Of a stretch of 64,000 bases of DNA, positions 45,872-59,622 are shown one piece after another; positions within the stretch are counted from its first letter, which is position 1; the number at the start of each line of letters is the position of its first letter. The stretch covers positions 1,856,001-1,920,000 of the forward strand of contig CAWJMB010000002.1 in the NCBI GenBank assembly GCA_963843845.1, written 5' to 3'. The notes under the pieces are model-generated. The model worked only from the letters and a program-made list of their open reading frames with translations, did no database searches and was not told the origin of the DNA. Source of the stretch: an uncultured Gemmatimonadaceae bacterium (GTDB lineage Bacteria; Gemmatimonadota; Gemmatimonadetes; Gemmatimonadales; Gemmatimonadaceae). The position numbers and the translations under genes are program-made.

Positions 45872-47019
45872 AGATCGGCATCACCTGTTATCCGACGTAC
45901 GGCGGCTCGGGCGCGGTGGCGACGGAGCTGGGCATCGCGCTCGCTGCGCGCGGCCACGAAGTCCATTTCATCACGTATCAGCAGCCGTTCCGGCTGCCGA
46001 ACTTCCTTCCGCGTGTGTACTTCCACGAAGTGGAAGTCAATCGCTACCCGCTGTTCGAGTATCCGCCCTACGATCTCGCCCTCGCCGTGCGGATGCACCA
46101 GGTGGTGACGGAGCAGCACCTCGACGTTCTGCACTGCCACTACGCGATCCCGCACGCCACGAGTGCGTGGATCGCGCGCGAGATGCTCCGCGCGAACGGG
46201 CGCGACGTGCGCGTCGTGACGACGCTGCACGGGACCGACATCACGATCGTCGGACAGGATCCGACGTATCACCCGATCACCAAGTTCTCGATCGAGCGGT
46301 CGGACCGGATCACCGCGGTGTCCGAGTACCTGCGCCGCGAGACGTTCGCCGCGTTCGGCTGCACGGGCTGCTCGGTCGAAGTCATTCCGAACTTCATCGA
46401 CGCATCGGTCTACGACCGCAACGCGTATCCGCAGTCGCGGGCGCTGTTCGCACCCCCGGACGTGCCGGTGCTCATGCACATCTCGAACTTCCGCGCGGTG
46501 AAACGGGTCGTCGACGTGATCCGCATTTTCGCTCGCGTGCGCGCCACGCGCGAGGCCGTGCTCGTCATGGTCGGCGACGGGCCCGACCGCGTCGACGCGG
46601 AGCAGGAGGCGAAGGCGACGGGCGTCGACCAATCGGTTCACTTCCTCGGCAAGATCGATGCGGTCGCGCCGCTCCTCGCCCGCGCCGACCTCTTTCTGTT
46701 GCCGAGCCTCAGCGAGTCGTTCGGGCTCAGCGCGCTCGAGGCGCTCGCCTCGGGCGTGCCCGTCATCGCGTCGCGCACGGGCGGCCTCGCGGAAGTGGTG
46801 CGCGACGGCGAGACGGGTGCGCTGTGCCCGATCGGGGACGTCGACGCGATGGCGAACGCGGCGATCGAGATGCTCGCCGATCGCGCGCGGTGGTCGACGA
46901 TGAGCGCGATCGCGGCGGCGGATGCGCGAGCGCGCTTCGGACACGATGCGGTCGTCACGCAGTACGAAGATCTCTACGCCCGCGCCGTCGGTCGCGCGCC
47001 GGCGGTCGCCGCACCCTGA
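45868..47019 (+). CDS. bshA: N-acetyl-alpha-D-glucosaminyl L-malate synthase
   Basis: MKIGITCYPTYGGSG, HYAIPHA, TTLHGTDIT, HISNFRAVKR, ESFGLSALEA. Confidence 0.92.
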   Translation: MKIGITCYPTYGGSGAVATELGIALAARGHEVHFITYQQPFRLPNFLPRVYFHEVEVNRYPLFEYPPYDLALAVRMHQVVTEQHLDVLHCHYAIPHATSAWIAREMLRANGRDVRVVTTLHGTDITIVGQDPTYHPITKFSIERSDRITAVSEYLRRETFAAFGCTGCSVEVIPNFIDASVYDRNAYPQSRALFAPPDVPVLMHISNFRAVKRVVDVIRIFARVRATREAVLVMVGDGPDRVDAEQEAKATGVDQSVHFLGKIDAVAPLLARADLFLLPSLSESFGLSALEALASGVPVIASRTGGLAEVVRDGETGALCPIGDVDAMANAAIEMLADRARWSTMSAIAAADARARFGHDAVVTQYEDLYARAVGRAPAVAAP

Positions 47020-47023
47020 TCTC

Positions 47024-47788
47024 ATGTCCTACTTCTACGCAGTCCTCCTCGGAGTCGTCGAAGGCATCACCGAGTTCCTTCCGGTCTCGTCGACCGCGCA
47101 CCTCACGCTCACGAGCGCGCTGCTGCGTGTCGCCGACGACGAGTTCGCGAAGAGCTTCTCGATCATCATCCAGCTCGGGGCGATCCTCGCCGTCGTCGCG
47201 ATCTACTGGCGCAAGTTGCTCGACTGGCGACTGCTGACGAAAGTCGCCGTCGCATTCGTGCCGACGGGCATCATCGGGCTCACGATCTACCGCGTGATCA
47301 AGAGCTACCTGTTGGGCAACGTGCTCGTCACGCTCGGGGCGCTGTTCGTCGGCGGCGTGGTGCTGATCCTCTTCGACCGTCAGTCGCAACCGAGTGACGA
47401 GCCGGTGAACTTCGACGAGATCACCTACGGGCGCGCCGTGGCGATCGGCTTCTGCCAGACGCTCGCCGTGATTCCTGGGGTCTCGCGCTCGGCGGCCACG
47501 ATCGTCGGCGGCGCGCTGCTCGGGGTCTCGAAGCGGACGATCGTCGAGTTCTCCTTCCTGCTCGCGATCCCGACGATGGCGGCGGCGACGGGGCTCGAGC
47601 TGCTGAAAGGGTACCGCGGCCTGATGGGCAACTTCGATGTCCTCGCCATCGGCTTCATCGTGAGCGGGTTCACCGCGTGGCTCGCGGTCACGACGTTCCT
47701 GAACTACGTGAAACGGCACAGCTTCGCCGCGTTCGGCTGGTACCGGATGGTCCTCGCCGTGGCGTTCTACCTTGCCTTCGTTCGCTGA
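47024..47788 (+). CDS. uppP: Undecaprenyl-diphosphate phosphatase
   Basis: GVVEGITEFLPVSSTAH, IQLGAILA, PGVSRSAATI, EFSFLLAIP. Confidence 0.93.
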   Translation: MSYFYAVLLGVVEGITEFLPVSSTAHLTLTSALLRVADDEFAKSFSIIIQLGAILAVVAIYWRKLLDWRLLTKVAVAFVPTGIIGLTIYRVIKSYLLGNVLVTLGALFVGGVVLILFDRQSQPSDEPVNFDEITYGRAVAIGFCQTLAVIPGVSRSAATIVGGALLGVSKRTIVEFSFLLAIPTMAAATGLELLKGYRGLMGNFDVLAIGFIVSGFTAWLAVTTFLNYVKRHSFAAFGWYRMVLAVAFYLAFVR

Positions 47789-48569
47789 CGCGCTCCCCGC
47801 CGTGCTCGCGGCGACGTACGACGGCGACGACGTCGACTCGCTCCGGACGTCGCTCGGCGTCGCGGAACTCGCGGCCTACGAGAGCGTCACGTCGACGATG
47901 GACGTCGCACACCGCCTGGCGAGCGACGGCGCCGCCGCGGGGACGATCGTGCTGGCAGACACGCAGACCGCGGGGCGCGGACGGAGCGGGCGGCGATGGA
48001 GCTCCGCGCCTGGCGCCGGGGTGTGGCTCACCGCGGTCGAGCGTCCGCGCGACCCCGCCGCGCTCGACGTGCTGTCACTCCGCGTGGGGCTCGCGCTCGC
48101 CGAGGCGCTCGATCCGTTCGCGGATGTGGCGATCCGGCTGAAGTGGCCGAACGATCTGTTCGTCGAGGAACGGAAGCTCGCCGGAGTGCTCGTCGAGACG
48201 CGGTGGCGCGATGGGCGCGCCGAGTGGGTGGCGATCGGAGTCGGCGTCAACGTCGTCGTGCCGCACGACGTGGACGATGCGGTCGGTCTCCGCGACGGTA
48301 CGCCGCGGAGCGCCGTTCTGCACGCGATCGTGCCTGCCGTGCGCCGCGCGGCGGCCGCCACCGGCGCGTTGCGCGAGGAGGAGCTGGCCGCGTTCGCCGC
48401 GCGCGACCTCGCCCGCGGGCGTCGCGCCGCAGAGCCGGTCGCGGGCGGCGTCGAGGGGATCTCGACCGACGGAGCGCTGCGCATCCGTACGAGCGACGGC
48501 CGCGTCGAACACGTCCGACACGGATCGCTGCGATTCGCCGACGACGCGCGTGACGGTTCGGCGCGATGA
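47772..48569 (+). CDS. birA: Biotin--protein ligase (no N-terminal HTH)
   Basis: QTAGRGRSGRRW, LKWPNDL, RKLAGVLVE, GVGVN. Confidence 0.9.
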   Translation: MPSFADALPAVLAATYDGDDVDSLRTSLGVAELAAYESVTSTMDVAHRLASDGAAAGTIVLADTQTAGRGRSGRRWSSAPGAGVWLTAVERPRDPAALDVLSLRVGLALAEALDPFADVAIRLKWPNDLFVEERKLAGVLVETRWRDGRAEWVAIGVGVNVVVPHDVDDAVGLRDGTPRSAVLHAIVPAVRRAAAATGALREEELAAFAARDLARGRRAAEPVAGGVEGISTDGALRIRTSDGRVEHVRHGSLRFADDARDGSAR

Positions 48570-49144
48570 CGAGTTACCCAGGCATGACACCTTCACACGC
48601 GGAAGCTGACGCAGCGGTCGTGCGGCGCGTGCTCGCCGGTGACGCCGGCGGCTTCCGCGTGCTCGTCGATCGGCACTACGACCGCTCGCTGCGCCTCGCG
48701 ACACACCTGCTCGGCTCGACTGCGGATGCCGAGGACGCGGTGCAGGACGCGTTCATGCGGGCCTACCGGCACCTCGGCTCGTACCAGGAGCGCGATCGGT
48801 TCGCAGCGTGGCTGTCGCGGATCGTGGTGAACCAGTGCCGCACCGTCGGTGCGCGCCGCCGAGGCGCACGCGTGCTCGCCGAACGGGTCGCGTTCGAGCT
48901 GGGTGCCAGCGAGGGAACCGTCGAGCACACGGCCGACCACGACGCGCTGCGGGAGGAGCTACACCGCGCGCTCGACCGGCTCGATCCCGACCAGCGCGAG
49001 GCGGTGGTGCTCAAGTTCGCGGACGACCTGACCTACGACGAGATGGCCGCCGTCACCGGCGTCGGCGTCTCGGCGCTCAAGATGCGCGTGCAGCGCGCCT
49101 GCCGGCGGCTGCGCACGCTGCTCACGGAGACGACGCATGTCTGA
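48566..49144 (+). CDS. ECF RNA polymerase sigma factor
   Basis: DAEDAVQDAFMRAY, FAAWLSRI (region 2); LTYDEMA..TG..VSALKMRVQRA (region 4). Confidence 0.9.
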   Translation: MTSYPGMTPSHAEADAAVVRRVLAGDAGGFRVLVDRHYDRSLRLATHLLGSTADAEDAVQDAFMRAYRHLGSYQERDRFAAWLSRIVVNQCRTVGARRRGARVLAERVAFELGASEGTVEHTADHDALREELHRALDRLDPDQREAVVLKFADDLTYDEMAAVTGVGVSALKMRVQRACRRLRTLLTETTHV

Positions 49145-49838
49145 TCACGACTCGTTCGACGCGCTGCCGGCCGCGGTGGTCGCCACGCTGCGCCACCCGG
49201 TGCGGCCGGCGCGCGGACGCGACGCCGCGCTGGCCGCGATCATGGGAGCGGTGCACGCGGCGCCAGCTCCCGCCAGCCCTCTGGCGTCCGCCGTGGGGGC
49301 TGGTGCGGGCTGCACGGCGAGAGGGCGCGTGATGTCGCTCCGGCCGATGCGTCCGCGCTGGTCGCTGCGGCGCGGCACGCTCTCGCCGGCCGGCGCGCTC
49401 CTCGCGGCATCGCTCGCCGTCCTCACGGTGTGGCTCGGCGGCGCGGGTCGAGGGCGGCGGGTGGCGGTCAGCGACGCGGCAGGGCGCCCGATCGAGACGG
49501 CGGCCGCTGGAACGTTCCGCGACTCGCTGCTCGACAACGCGTTCGTGCTCGCGATCCGCGACTCGCTCCGCGTCGTGCGCTTCGCGCTCGACGCGCCTGG
49601 CGCGTCTCGCGTCGCGCTGGTCGCGGAGTTCGCAGGGCACGGGTGGCGCGCCGTGCCGCTCCGGCGCGTGGCGGGCGTCTGGTCCGCAGAGCTCCCGGTC
49701 CGCGGTGGTCGACACCGCTACGGCTACGTCGTGGATGACGATCGGTGGGCCGGGACGAATGTCCGCGGCGAACGGGCGGTCGTGGCGGATACCGTCGTCG
49801 GCACTGTCGCGCCGCTCGTCGTCGGAGACACGATCTGA
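49137..49838 (+). CDS. Putative anti-sigma factor with C-terminal CBM48/AMPK-type glycogen-binding-like domain
   Basis: Overlaps the sigma stop; one TM segment; VRFALDAPGASRVALVAEF...GVWSAELPV..GRHRYGYVVD. Confidence 0.7.
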   Translation: MSDHDSFDALPAAVVATLRHPVRPARGRDAALAAIMGAVHAAPAPASPLASAVGAGAGCTARGRVMSLRPMRPRWSLRRGTLSPAGALLAASLAVLTVWLGGAGRGRRVAVSDAAGRPIETAAAGTFRDSLLDNAFVLAIRDSLRVVRFALDAPGASRVALVAEFAGHGWRAVPLRRVAGVWSAELPVRGGRHRYGYVVDDDRWAGTNVRGERAVVADTVVGTVAPLVVGDTI

Positions 49839-50047
49839 TGCCCTCGCTGCGCGCGGTTCGCTGCCGGCTTCCGGCGGCGCTCGCCGCACTCGCCGCCCTG
49901 GCGCTGCTCGCGGGCTACGGTGATCTCGTGCGGGGCGGGATCACGGCCGGGGCGGTGGCGCTGGTGGGTGCGTATGCGGTGCTCATTCCGGCCGCGATCG
50001 TCGCCGTCCCTCGCGGCCCGGAACCGATGAAAAAGATGGCTCTGTAA
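49838..50047 (+). CDS. Small two-TM hypothetical protein
   Basis: TGATG overlap; LLAGYGDLVRGGIT..AVALVGAYAVLIPAAI. Confidence 0.55.
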   Translation: MPSLRAVRCRLPAALAALAALALLAGYGDLVRGGITAGAVALVGAYAVLIPAAIVAVPRGPEPMKKMAL

Positions 50048-50096
50048 ACCGTTATACGGCACGTGCTTAGCGCGCCGCCGGGAGCACGGGTCGGGG

Positions 50097-50124
50097 TTGA
50101 CCTGTCTTCCGGCGGCACTACATT
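50097..50124 (+). promoter_or_regulatory. sigma70-type promoter of groESL
   Basis: TTGACC-16 nt-TACATT just upstream of CIRCE. Confidence 0.6.
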
Positions 50125-50134
50125 ACCCCTGGCG

Positions 50135-50161
50135 TTGGCACTCACCGCTCTCGAGTGCTGA
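50135..50161 (+). promoter_or_regulatory. CIRCE element (HrcA operator)
   Basis: TTGGCACTC-N9-GAGTGCTGA versus consensus TTAGCACTC-N9-GAGTGCTAA, upstream of groES. Confidence 0.9.
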
Positions 50162-50200
50162 TGACCAATCACTCATTTCACAATCGGAGAGGCGCACGCA

Positions 50201-50509
50201 ATGGCCACGCAGAACGCTACCGCGTTGAAGCCGCTCGCTGATCGGGTCGTCGTTCGGGCTCTCGAAGAGACCGAGTCGATGCGCGGCGGGCTGTACATCC
50301 CGGATACGGCGAAGGAGAAGCCGCAACAGGGCGAGATCGTCGCCGCCGGCCCTGGGAAGTTCGACGAGAAGGGCGGTCAGCGCATCCCGATGGACGTCAA
50401 AGTCGGCGACAAGGTGCTCTACGGGAAGTACAGCGGTACCGAGGTCACGCTCGACGGACAGCAGTACCTGATCCTCCGCGAATCGGACGTCCTCGCGATC
50501 GTCGGCTGA
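50201..50509 (+). CDS. groES: Co-chaperonin GroES
   Basis: [42 protein letters not shown]. Confidence 0.97.
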   Translation: MATQNATALKPLADRVVVRALEETESMRGGLYIPDTAKEKPQQGEIVAAGPGKFDEKGGQRIPMDVKVGDKVLYGKYSGTEVTLDGQQYLILRESDVLAIVG

Positions 50510-50548
50510 ACGCGCTGACCTGACCTCTCAACTACGGGCACACACACA

Positions 50549-52186
<1,638 letters not shown>

Positions 52187-52208
52187 GCCCGGCAAGGTGC
52201 GGAATGCG

Positions 52209-52241
52209 AGCGGCGGGTGCCTCATGGCACCCGCCGCTTTG
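52209..52241 (+). terminator. Terminator hairpin after groEL
   Basis: agcggcgggtgcc-tcat-ggcacccgccgct followed by tt. Confidence 0.75.
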
Positions 52242-52278
52242 CCGTGGACGCTCGCCGACGGTGTTTCCGCGGAAGTGG

Positions 52279-53085
52279 CTAGAAGAGCGAGAGCTGTCCG
52301 CCGACGCCGCCGACGTCGCCGAACGGGCCTGACACGGCGTGCTGCGGCGCGATCGCGAGCGCGCCGCGGAACCGCGAGCGCTTGAGCAGTCGCTGCATCG
52401 CCTCGTGGGCGACCGACGGCGAGTTGTTCGTCTCGCTGAGGTGCGCGAGCACGACGTGCCGCAACTCCTTGTGAACGCACCCGACCGCGAGGTCGCCGGC
52501 CTCACGGTTGCTGAGGTGGCCGTGCGCGCCCGCGATGCGACGTTTGAGCTGCCACGGGTACGGCCCGGCCTCGAGCAACCCTTCGTCGTGATTCGATTCC
52601 ACGACGAGCACGTCGACGCGCGCGACGGCCGCCCGCACCGCATCCGAGGCGCGACCGAGGTCGGTGAGCACCGCGGCGCGCGTGCCCGATCGCTTCGACG
52701 TCACGACGAAGCCGCACGGCTCGAGCGCGTCGTGAGACACGCGGAACGTGTCGACCGTCAGGTCGCCGACCTCGACGCGATCGCCGGCGGTGAACGCGTG
52801 CGTGGTGGCCGCGCCTAACAGGTCGCTCGCGTTGTGCAGCGTTCCGGCGCTCGCGTACACCGGCCAGCGCCACCGCTTCAGCGCCGTCGTCATCCCGGAC
52901 ACGTGGTCGTTGTGCTCGTGCGTGAGCAGCAGCGCCGCGATCGATTGCGGGTCCACGCCGATCTGGTGCAGCCGCTCGGCGAGCTTGCGCGCGGACAGGC
53001 CGGCATCGACGAGGAGGCGCGTGCTGCCGCACTCGACGAGGAGCGCGTTCCCCTTGCTGCCGCTCCCCAACGTCCACAGCCTCAC
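52279..53085 (-). CDS. MBL-fold metallo-hydrolase (YycJ/WalJ-like)
   Basis: LGSGSKGN, THEHNDH, SHDA, ESNHD, GHLSN, LAHLSETNN. Confidence 0.88.
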   Translation of the reverse strand: MRLWTLGSGSKGNALLVECGSTRLLVDAGLSARKLAERLHQIGVDPQSIAALLLTHEHNDHVSGMTTALKRWRWPVYASAGTLHNASDLLGAATTHAFTAGDRVEVGDLTVDTFRVSHDALEPCGFVVTSKRSGTRAAVLTDLGRASDAVRAAVARVDVLVVESNHDEGLLEAGPYPWQLKRRIAGAHGHLSNREAGDLAVGCVHKELRHVVLAHLSETNNSPSVAHEAMQRLLKRSRFRGALAIAPQHAVSGPFGDVGGVGGQLSLF

Positions 53086-54317
53086 GCGCCGCGTCCGCCG
53101 CCGTCCGGCGCCGCGCCGCCGCTCATCGCCGCGCGGAGCTGCGCACGTCCTCGCTCGCCGAGCGCCACGTTCCGGCGCCGCATGACGCGCTCGGCCACGT
53201 CGAGGAACTTCTCACCGTCGAAGCGACCGTACGGCGCGCTGCCTCCCCATGCGAACGGCTCGACCACCTTCGGCGGCATCGCGTCGTAGACGTTCGCGCC
53301 GGCACCCACCACCGTGCCCGTGGTTAGACGAAGCCCGATGCCGGTCTTCGCGTGGTCGCCGAACAGCGTCCCGAGGAACTGCAACCCCGTGTCGCGCACG
53401 CCATCGGGCGTCCAGAGCGCGACGGTGCCGTAGGTGTTCTTGAGGTTGCTCGTCGTCGTCCCGGCGCCGAGGTTCACCCAGCGGCCGAAGTACGAGTGGC
53501 CGACGAAGCCGTCGTGCCCCTTGTTCGAGTGGCCTAACACGACGGACGTGCTGATCTCGCCGTGGATCTTGCACGTGTCGCCGATCGAGCAGCCGGAGAT
53601 GCGATCCGCCACGACCGTCGAACCGGCGCCGATGTAACACGGGCCGACGATCCGCGTGAAGCTCTGCACCGTCGCACCCGATCGCACGAGGATCGGGCCC
53701 ACGCTCGCGTCGAGCACGACGAACGGCTCGATGGTCGCGCCGGCCTCGATCACGACGTCGTGCGCACCGAGCACGGTCCCGGCGTGCGACGGCGCGCGGA
53801 CGACCGTCGGTGCGAGCGCGACGAGGTCGTCGCGAAGTTGCGCGTCGAGCTGGCCGATCAGGTCCCACACGTGATCGAGCCACCGTCCCGAGAGGTCGGC
53901 GTGCTCACGGGCGCCGGCGCGTCGCGACGCGTCCGCGGCGAGCGCGTCGAGCGTCAGCTCGCCGCCGGCGAAGCGACTCAGCGGGGCCGGCTCGGCCAGA
54001 CGCACGGCCGCGACGCGTCCGTCGCAGCGCCAGACGGTCGCGTCGCGCGGCCCGGCCACGAGCGCCACCACCGCTCGCGCATTCGCGACGATCGCGCCGA
54101 CCGGAAGCGTCGCCGTCGCCGCAGCCGGCGCGTCGAACTCCTCGAAGTCGGCGAGGTGTGCGGCGCCGATGAACCCGTGTGCCGCCTCGCCGAGCGCGCG
54201 CTCCCAGCGGCGGCGAACGAGCTCGGCGCCGGCGCGCAGCTCGCCGACCGGTCGGGTCAGCGCGAACGGCGCGAAGCCGCGTGCGACGCGGTCGTCGTAC
54301 AGATAGAGGGCGGTCAC
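53082..54317 (-). CDS. GlmU-like sugar nucleotidyltransferase / hexapeptide-repeat acyltransferase family protein
   Basis: PFALTRPVGELRAG, left-handed beta-helix, NKGHDGFVGHSY, NLGAGTTTSNLKNTY. Confidence 0.8.
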   Translation of the reverse strand: MTALYLYDDRVARGFAPFALTRPVGELRAGAELVRRRWERALGEAAHGFIGAAHLADFEEFDAPAAATATLPVGAIVANARAVVALVAGPRDATVWRCDGRVAAVRLAEPAPLSRFAGGELTLDALAADASRRAGAREHADLSGRWLDHVWDLIGQLDAQLRDDLVALAPTVVRAPSHAGTVLGAHDVVIEAGATIEPFVVLDASVGPILVRSGATVQSFTRIVGPCYIGAGSTVVADRISGCSIGDTCKIHGEISTSVVLGHSNKGHDGFVGHSYFGRWVNLGAGTTTSNLKNTYGTVALWTPDGVRDTGLQFLGTLFGDHAKTGIGLRLTTGTVVGAGANVYDAMPPKVVEPFAWGGSAPYGRFDGEKFLDVAERVMRRRNVALGERGRAQLRAAMSGGAAPDGGGRGA

Positions 54318-54327
54318 GACGCGGAGT

Positions 54328-55370
54328 TCAGCTACGGTCGAGCAGGTCGTGCGGGAGCGTGTCGATCAGCGTCTTGAGGTCGCTCGAGCGATCGACCGTC
54401 GTCACGAGAGTGACTCCGTCGTCAGCGACGACGACGAGATCGTTTACCCCGTACAGAATGACCGCGTTCCCGGGCGCGTGGACCACGTTGCGGTGTGCAT
54501 CGAGCACATACACGCGGCCGCTCGTCGCGTTGTCGGCGTGGTCGCGCGCGCGCACGCGGCCCAACGCGCCCCACGTGCCGACGTCGTCCCACCCGAAATC
54601 GCCCGGCAGCACGAGTACCCGACGGCTCCGCTCCATGACCCCCACGTCGACGGCGACCGGCGTGACGTCGCCGAAGAAGCGCGCGATGTCGACGCCCGCG
54701 GCTCGGAGCGCCGGCGCCGACTTCGGGGCAGAGCGCGTCGACCTCGGCGAGGAAGTCGCCGGCGCGCCAGACGAAGATGCCCGAATTCCAGAGGAAGCCG
54801 TCCGCGCGCATGCGGCCGGCTCGCGCGCGGTCCGGCTTCTCGACGAAGCGTGCGACGCGTCGGATGCCGGGCGCGACCTCGTCGCCCGGTTGGATGTAGC
54901 CGAACCCCGGATCGTCGCGCGTCGGGACGATACCCACCGTCACGAGGCTCTCGTACGCCGACGCCGCATCGCCGGCCGCGCGGAGCGTCGCACGAAAGCC
55001 GTCCGGATCGCCGACCGACCAGTCCGCGTGCACGCAGAGCATCACCGCGTCGGCGCCACCGCGCGCCGCGACGAGCTTCGCCGCCCACGCGAGCGCCGCC
55101 GCCGTGCCAGCCGGCTTCGGCTCGGCGACGAGATTCTCCGGCGGAAGGTCGGGGCAGAGCGCGCGGATCGGCGCCGTGAGCGAGGCGTTCGTGAGGATGA
55201 GCGTCCGCTCGAGCGGCACGAGCGGCGCGAGCCGGTCGAGGGTGTTCTGCAGCAGCGGCCGCGTCGTCGACGAGCGGCAGCAGCTGCTTCGGCCGCTCGG
55301 GGGTGCTCATCGGCCAGAAGCGCGAGCCGACGCCGCCAGCGAGCACGACTGCCCAGAGCGGCGTGCTCAC
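54328..55370 (-). CDS. manC: Mannose-1-phosphate guanylyltransferase (frameshifts)
   Basis: VLAGGVGSRFWPMS...PKQLL, GFGYI, FVEKP, WNSGIF, FGWDDVGTW. Confidence 0.88.
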
Positions 55371-55935
55371 CGATCGGCGCGATCGGTGTCGGTCGGTGAC
55401 GGGCGTCGTCTGCCGCGCCGGCCAGCTCGACGGCGCGGGCGTAGAGCTTCTTCGGGCTGAACGGCTTCGTCATGAAGTCCGTCGCGCCGAGGGCCATCGC
55501 CTGCCGGTACTGCTGCTCCTGTCCGGCGGCGGTGAGGATGATGCACGGAAGGTCGCGGTACCGCGCGTCACCGCGCAGCCTGCCGAGCACGTCGAGGCCG
55601 CTGACGTTCGGCATCATGAGGTCGAGCAGCACGAGATCGAAATCGCCGTCGCGCTCCAGTGCGTCGAGCGCCTGCTGTCCGTCGAACGCGAGCGTGACGC
55701 GGAAGGGACCCTGCTCGAGCTTCATCTGGATGATGCGGCCGATGTGCGGCTCGTCATCGGCGACGAGCACGTGTCGCACCGGCGGACCCGCGTCGCGCGC
55801 GTCGGCCGCCGCCTCGACGTGGCGCAGCGCTGGGCGGTCGGAGCGCAGCGGCGTGGACGCCGGCTGCGGCAGATCGGCGGCCAGGCGCGCCGGCGTGCCG
55901 AGGCGGACGGGAACGAGTCGGTCGAATGGAATCAC
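55367..55935 (-). CDS. Single-domain response regulator with N-terminal extension (probable indel near the 3' end; start inferred from GTGA overlap)
   Basis: VLVADDE, LVLLDLMMP, IILTA, DFMTKPFSP. Confidence 0.82.
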
Positions 55936-56306
55936 GAGGTCACGGTCGAACGGACGATCGAGGCGAACCGCGCCCGTTCTCGCCGCAGCTCGGCGATGAG
56001 GGGACCGGTCGGGGCATCGGGGGCGAGGAGCACGACCAGCCGCACGTCCGGCGTCAGCACCGACACGGCGGCGAGGCCGCCGCGCTCGTGCTCGAACACC
56101 ATGGTCGCGAGCGCCCCACGCGACGCGCGGCGCCGACGTCGTCCGCCGCGGCGAGCAGCGGTGGCAGGTGCGCGGCGAGCCGGTCGCGGTCGATCGACGC
56201 ATCCGCGTCGGCGTCGATGACGAGCCCGTCCCGCCCGACGGCGATCGCGGCGACGACTCCGTGTCGATTGCTGAGCGACGTGACCAGCTCGCGGATCGGT
56301 AGGCAT
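55932..56306 (-). CDS. Roadblock/LC7 (MglB-like) protein, frameshifts
   Basis: MP-IRELVTSLSNRHGVVAAIAVGRDGLVID...LATMVFEHERG...LVVLL. Confidence 0.75.
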   Translation of the reverse strand: MPTDPRAGHVAQQSTRSRRRDRRRAGRARHRRRRGCVDRPRPARRAPATAARRGGRRRRRASRGALATMVFEHERGGLAAVSVLTPDVRLVVLLAPDAPTGPLIAELRRERARFASIVRSTVTS

Positions 56307-56404
56307 TCTGAGGAACGATCAAGCGAGGCGGGGGGCGCGCGACGCAACGCCGCGCAGTGACGCGATCCGCGCCTCGGCGGGTAGCACGACGGCGGCAGGC
56401 TCGG

Positions 56405-56433
56405 TTGAAGTGCCTCTCCGCGCCGGGTATCCT
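56405..56433 (+). promoter_or_regulatory. sigma70-type promoter for lipoprotein-serS
   Basis: TTGAAG-17 nt-TATCCT; same -35 and same cgccggg before the -10 as at 3020-3048. Confidence 0.5.
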
Positions 56434-56473
56434 TCGCCGCTGCACTGCATCTTCCGACGCCAGAACGACTTCG

Positions 56474-57111
56474 ATGTTCGCTCCCTCCCGTCCGCCCCGC
56501 CGCCGCGCCATGCGGGCACTCGCTGCCCGCGACCGTGATCGGTGTCGCGACGTCTGCCGCGGCGTGTGGCGGCACGGACCCGTACGCACCGGTCGCGACG
56601 CTCGACGACCCAGTCGGCGGCGTTTCAGGTGTACGCCCTGTCCACCGCTCCGTCGCTCCTCCCGACCGCGCTCTCGCTCTACGGATTCGAGGCGGTCCGG
56701 CCGGCCGTGCGCTCGAACCTGTCGCTCAAGTTCGACATGGCGTTCGACGTCGACGCGGCCGGACGGGTCCGCCTGCTGCAGCCGAAGCTGCTCGTCGCGC
56801 CGCAGAGCGCCGCGCTCGTGACCGGCTTCCAGGTGGTCTCGAACACGACGTTCGAGGGGCTCACGCGCGCGCCGACGGGGGGCTATCAGTACGACTCGGC
56901 GATGGTGGTGACGCCGCGGGCAGGTCGTCGCGATCCAGACGCAGGGCTCGGGCCCGGCGAGCGTCGTCTGTGCGATCTCGACGCCGATGTACGCGAAGCT
57001 CGTCGTCGACAGTGTGCGGGCGGTGAACGGGACGTCCGCCGTGTTCTTCGGGGTCGGGTCGACACGAACTGCGGCTTCCGGTCGCTCGAGGAAGGCCTTC
57101 CGAAATCCTGA
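56474..57111 (+). CDS. Hypothetical lipoprotein (frameshifts)
   Basis: Arg-rich N-terminus, lipobox SAAA-C, FDMAFDVD, C-terminal NCGFRSL. Confidence 0.65.
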
Positions 57112-57121
57112 TTGCGCTCTC

Positions 57122-59618
<2,497 letters not shown>

Positions 59619-59622
<4 letters not shown>

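Noticed and set aside
50057..50071. sigma54-like site cGGCACGtgctTAGC upstream of groES
   Set aside because: The -12 element is TAGC rather than TTGC, and a sigma70 promoter plus CIRCE already explain the region; too weak to call
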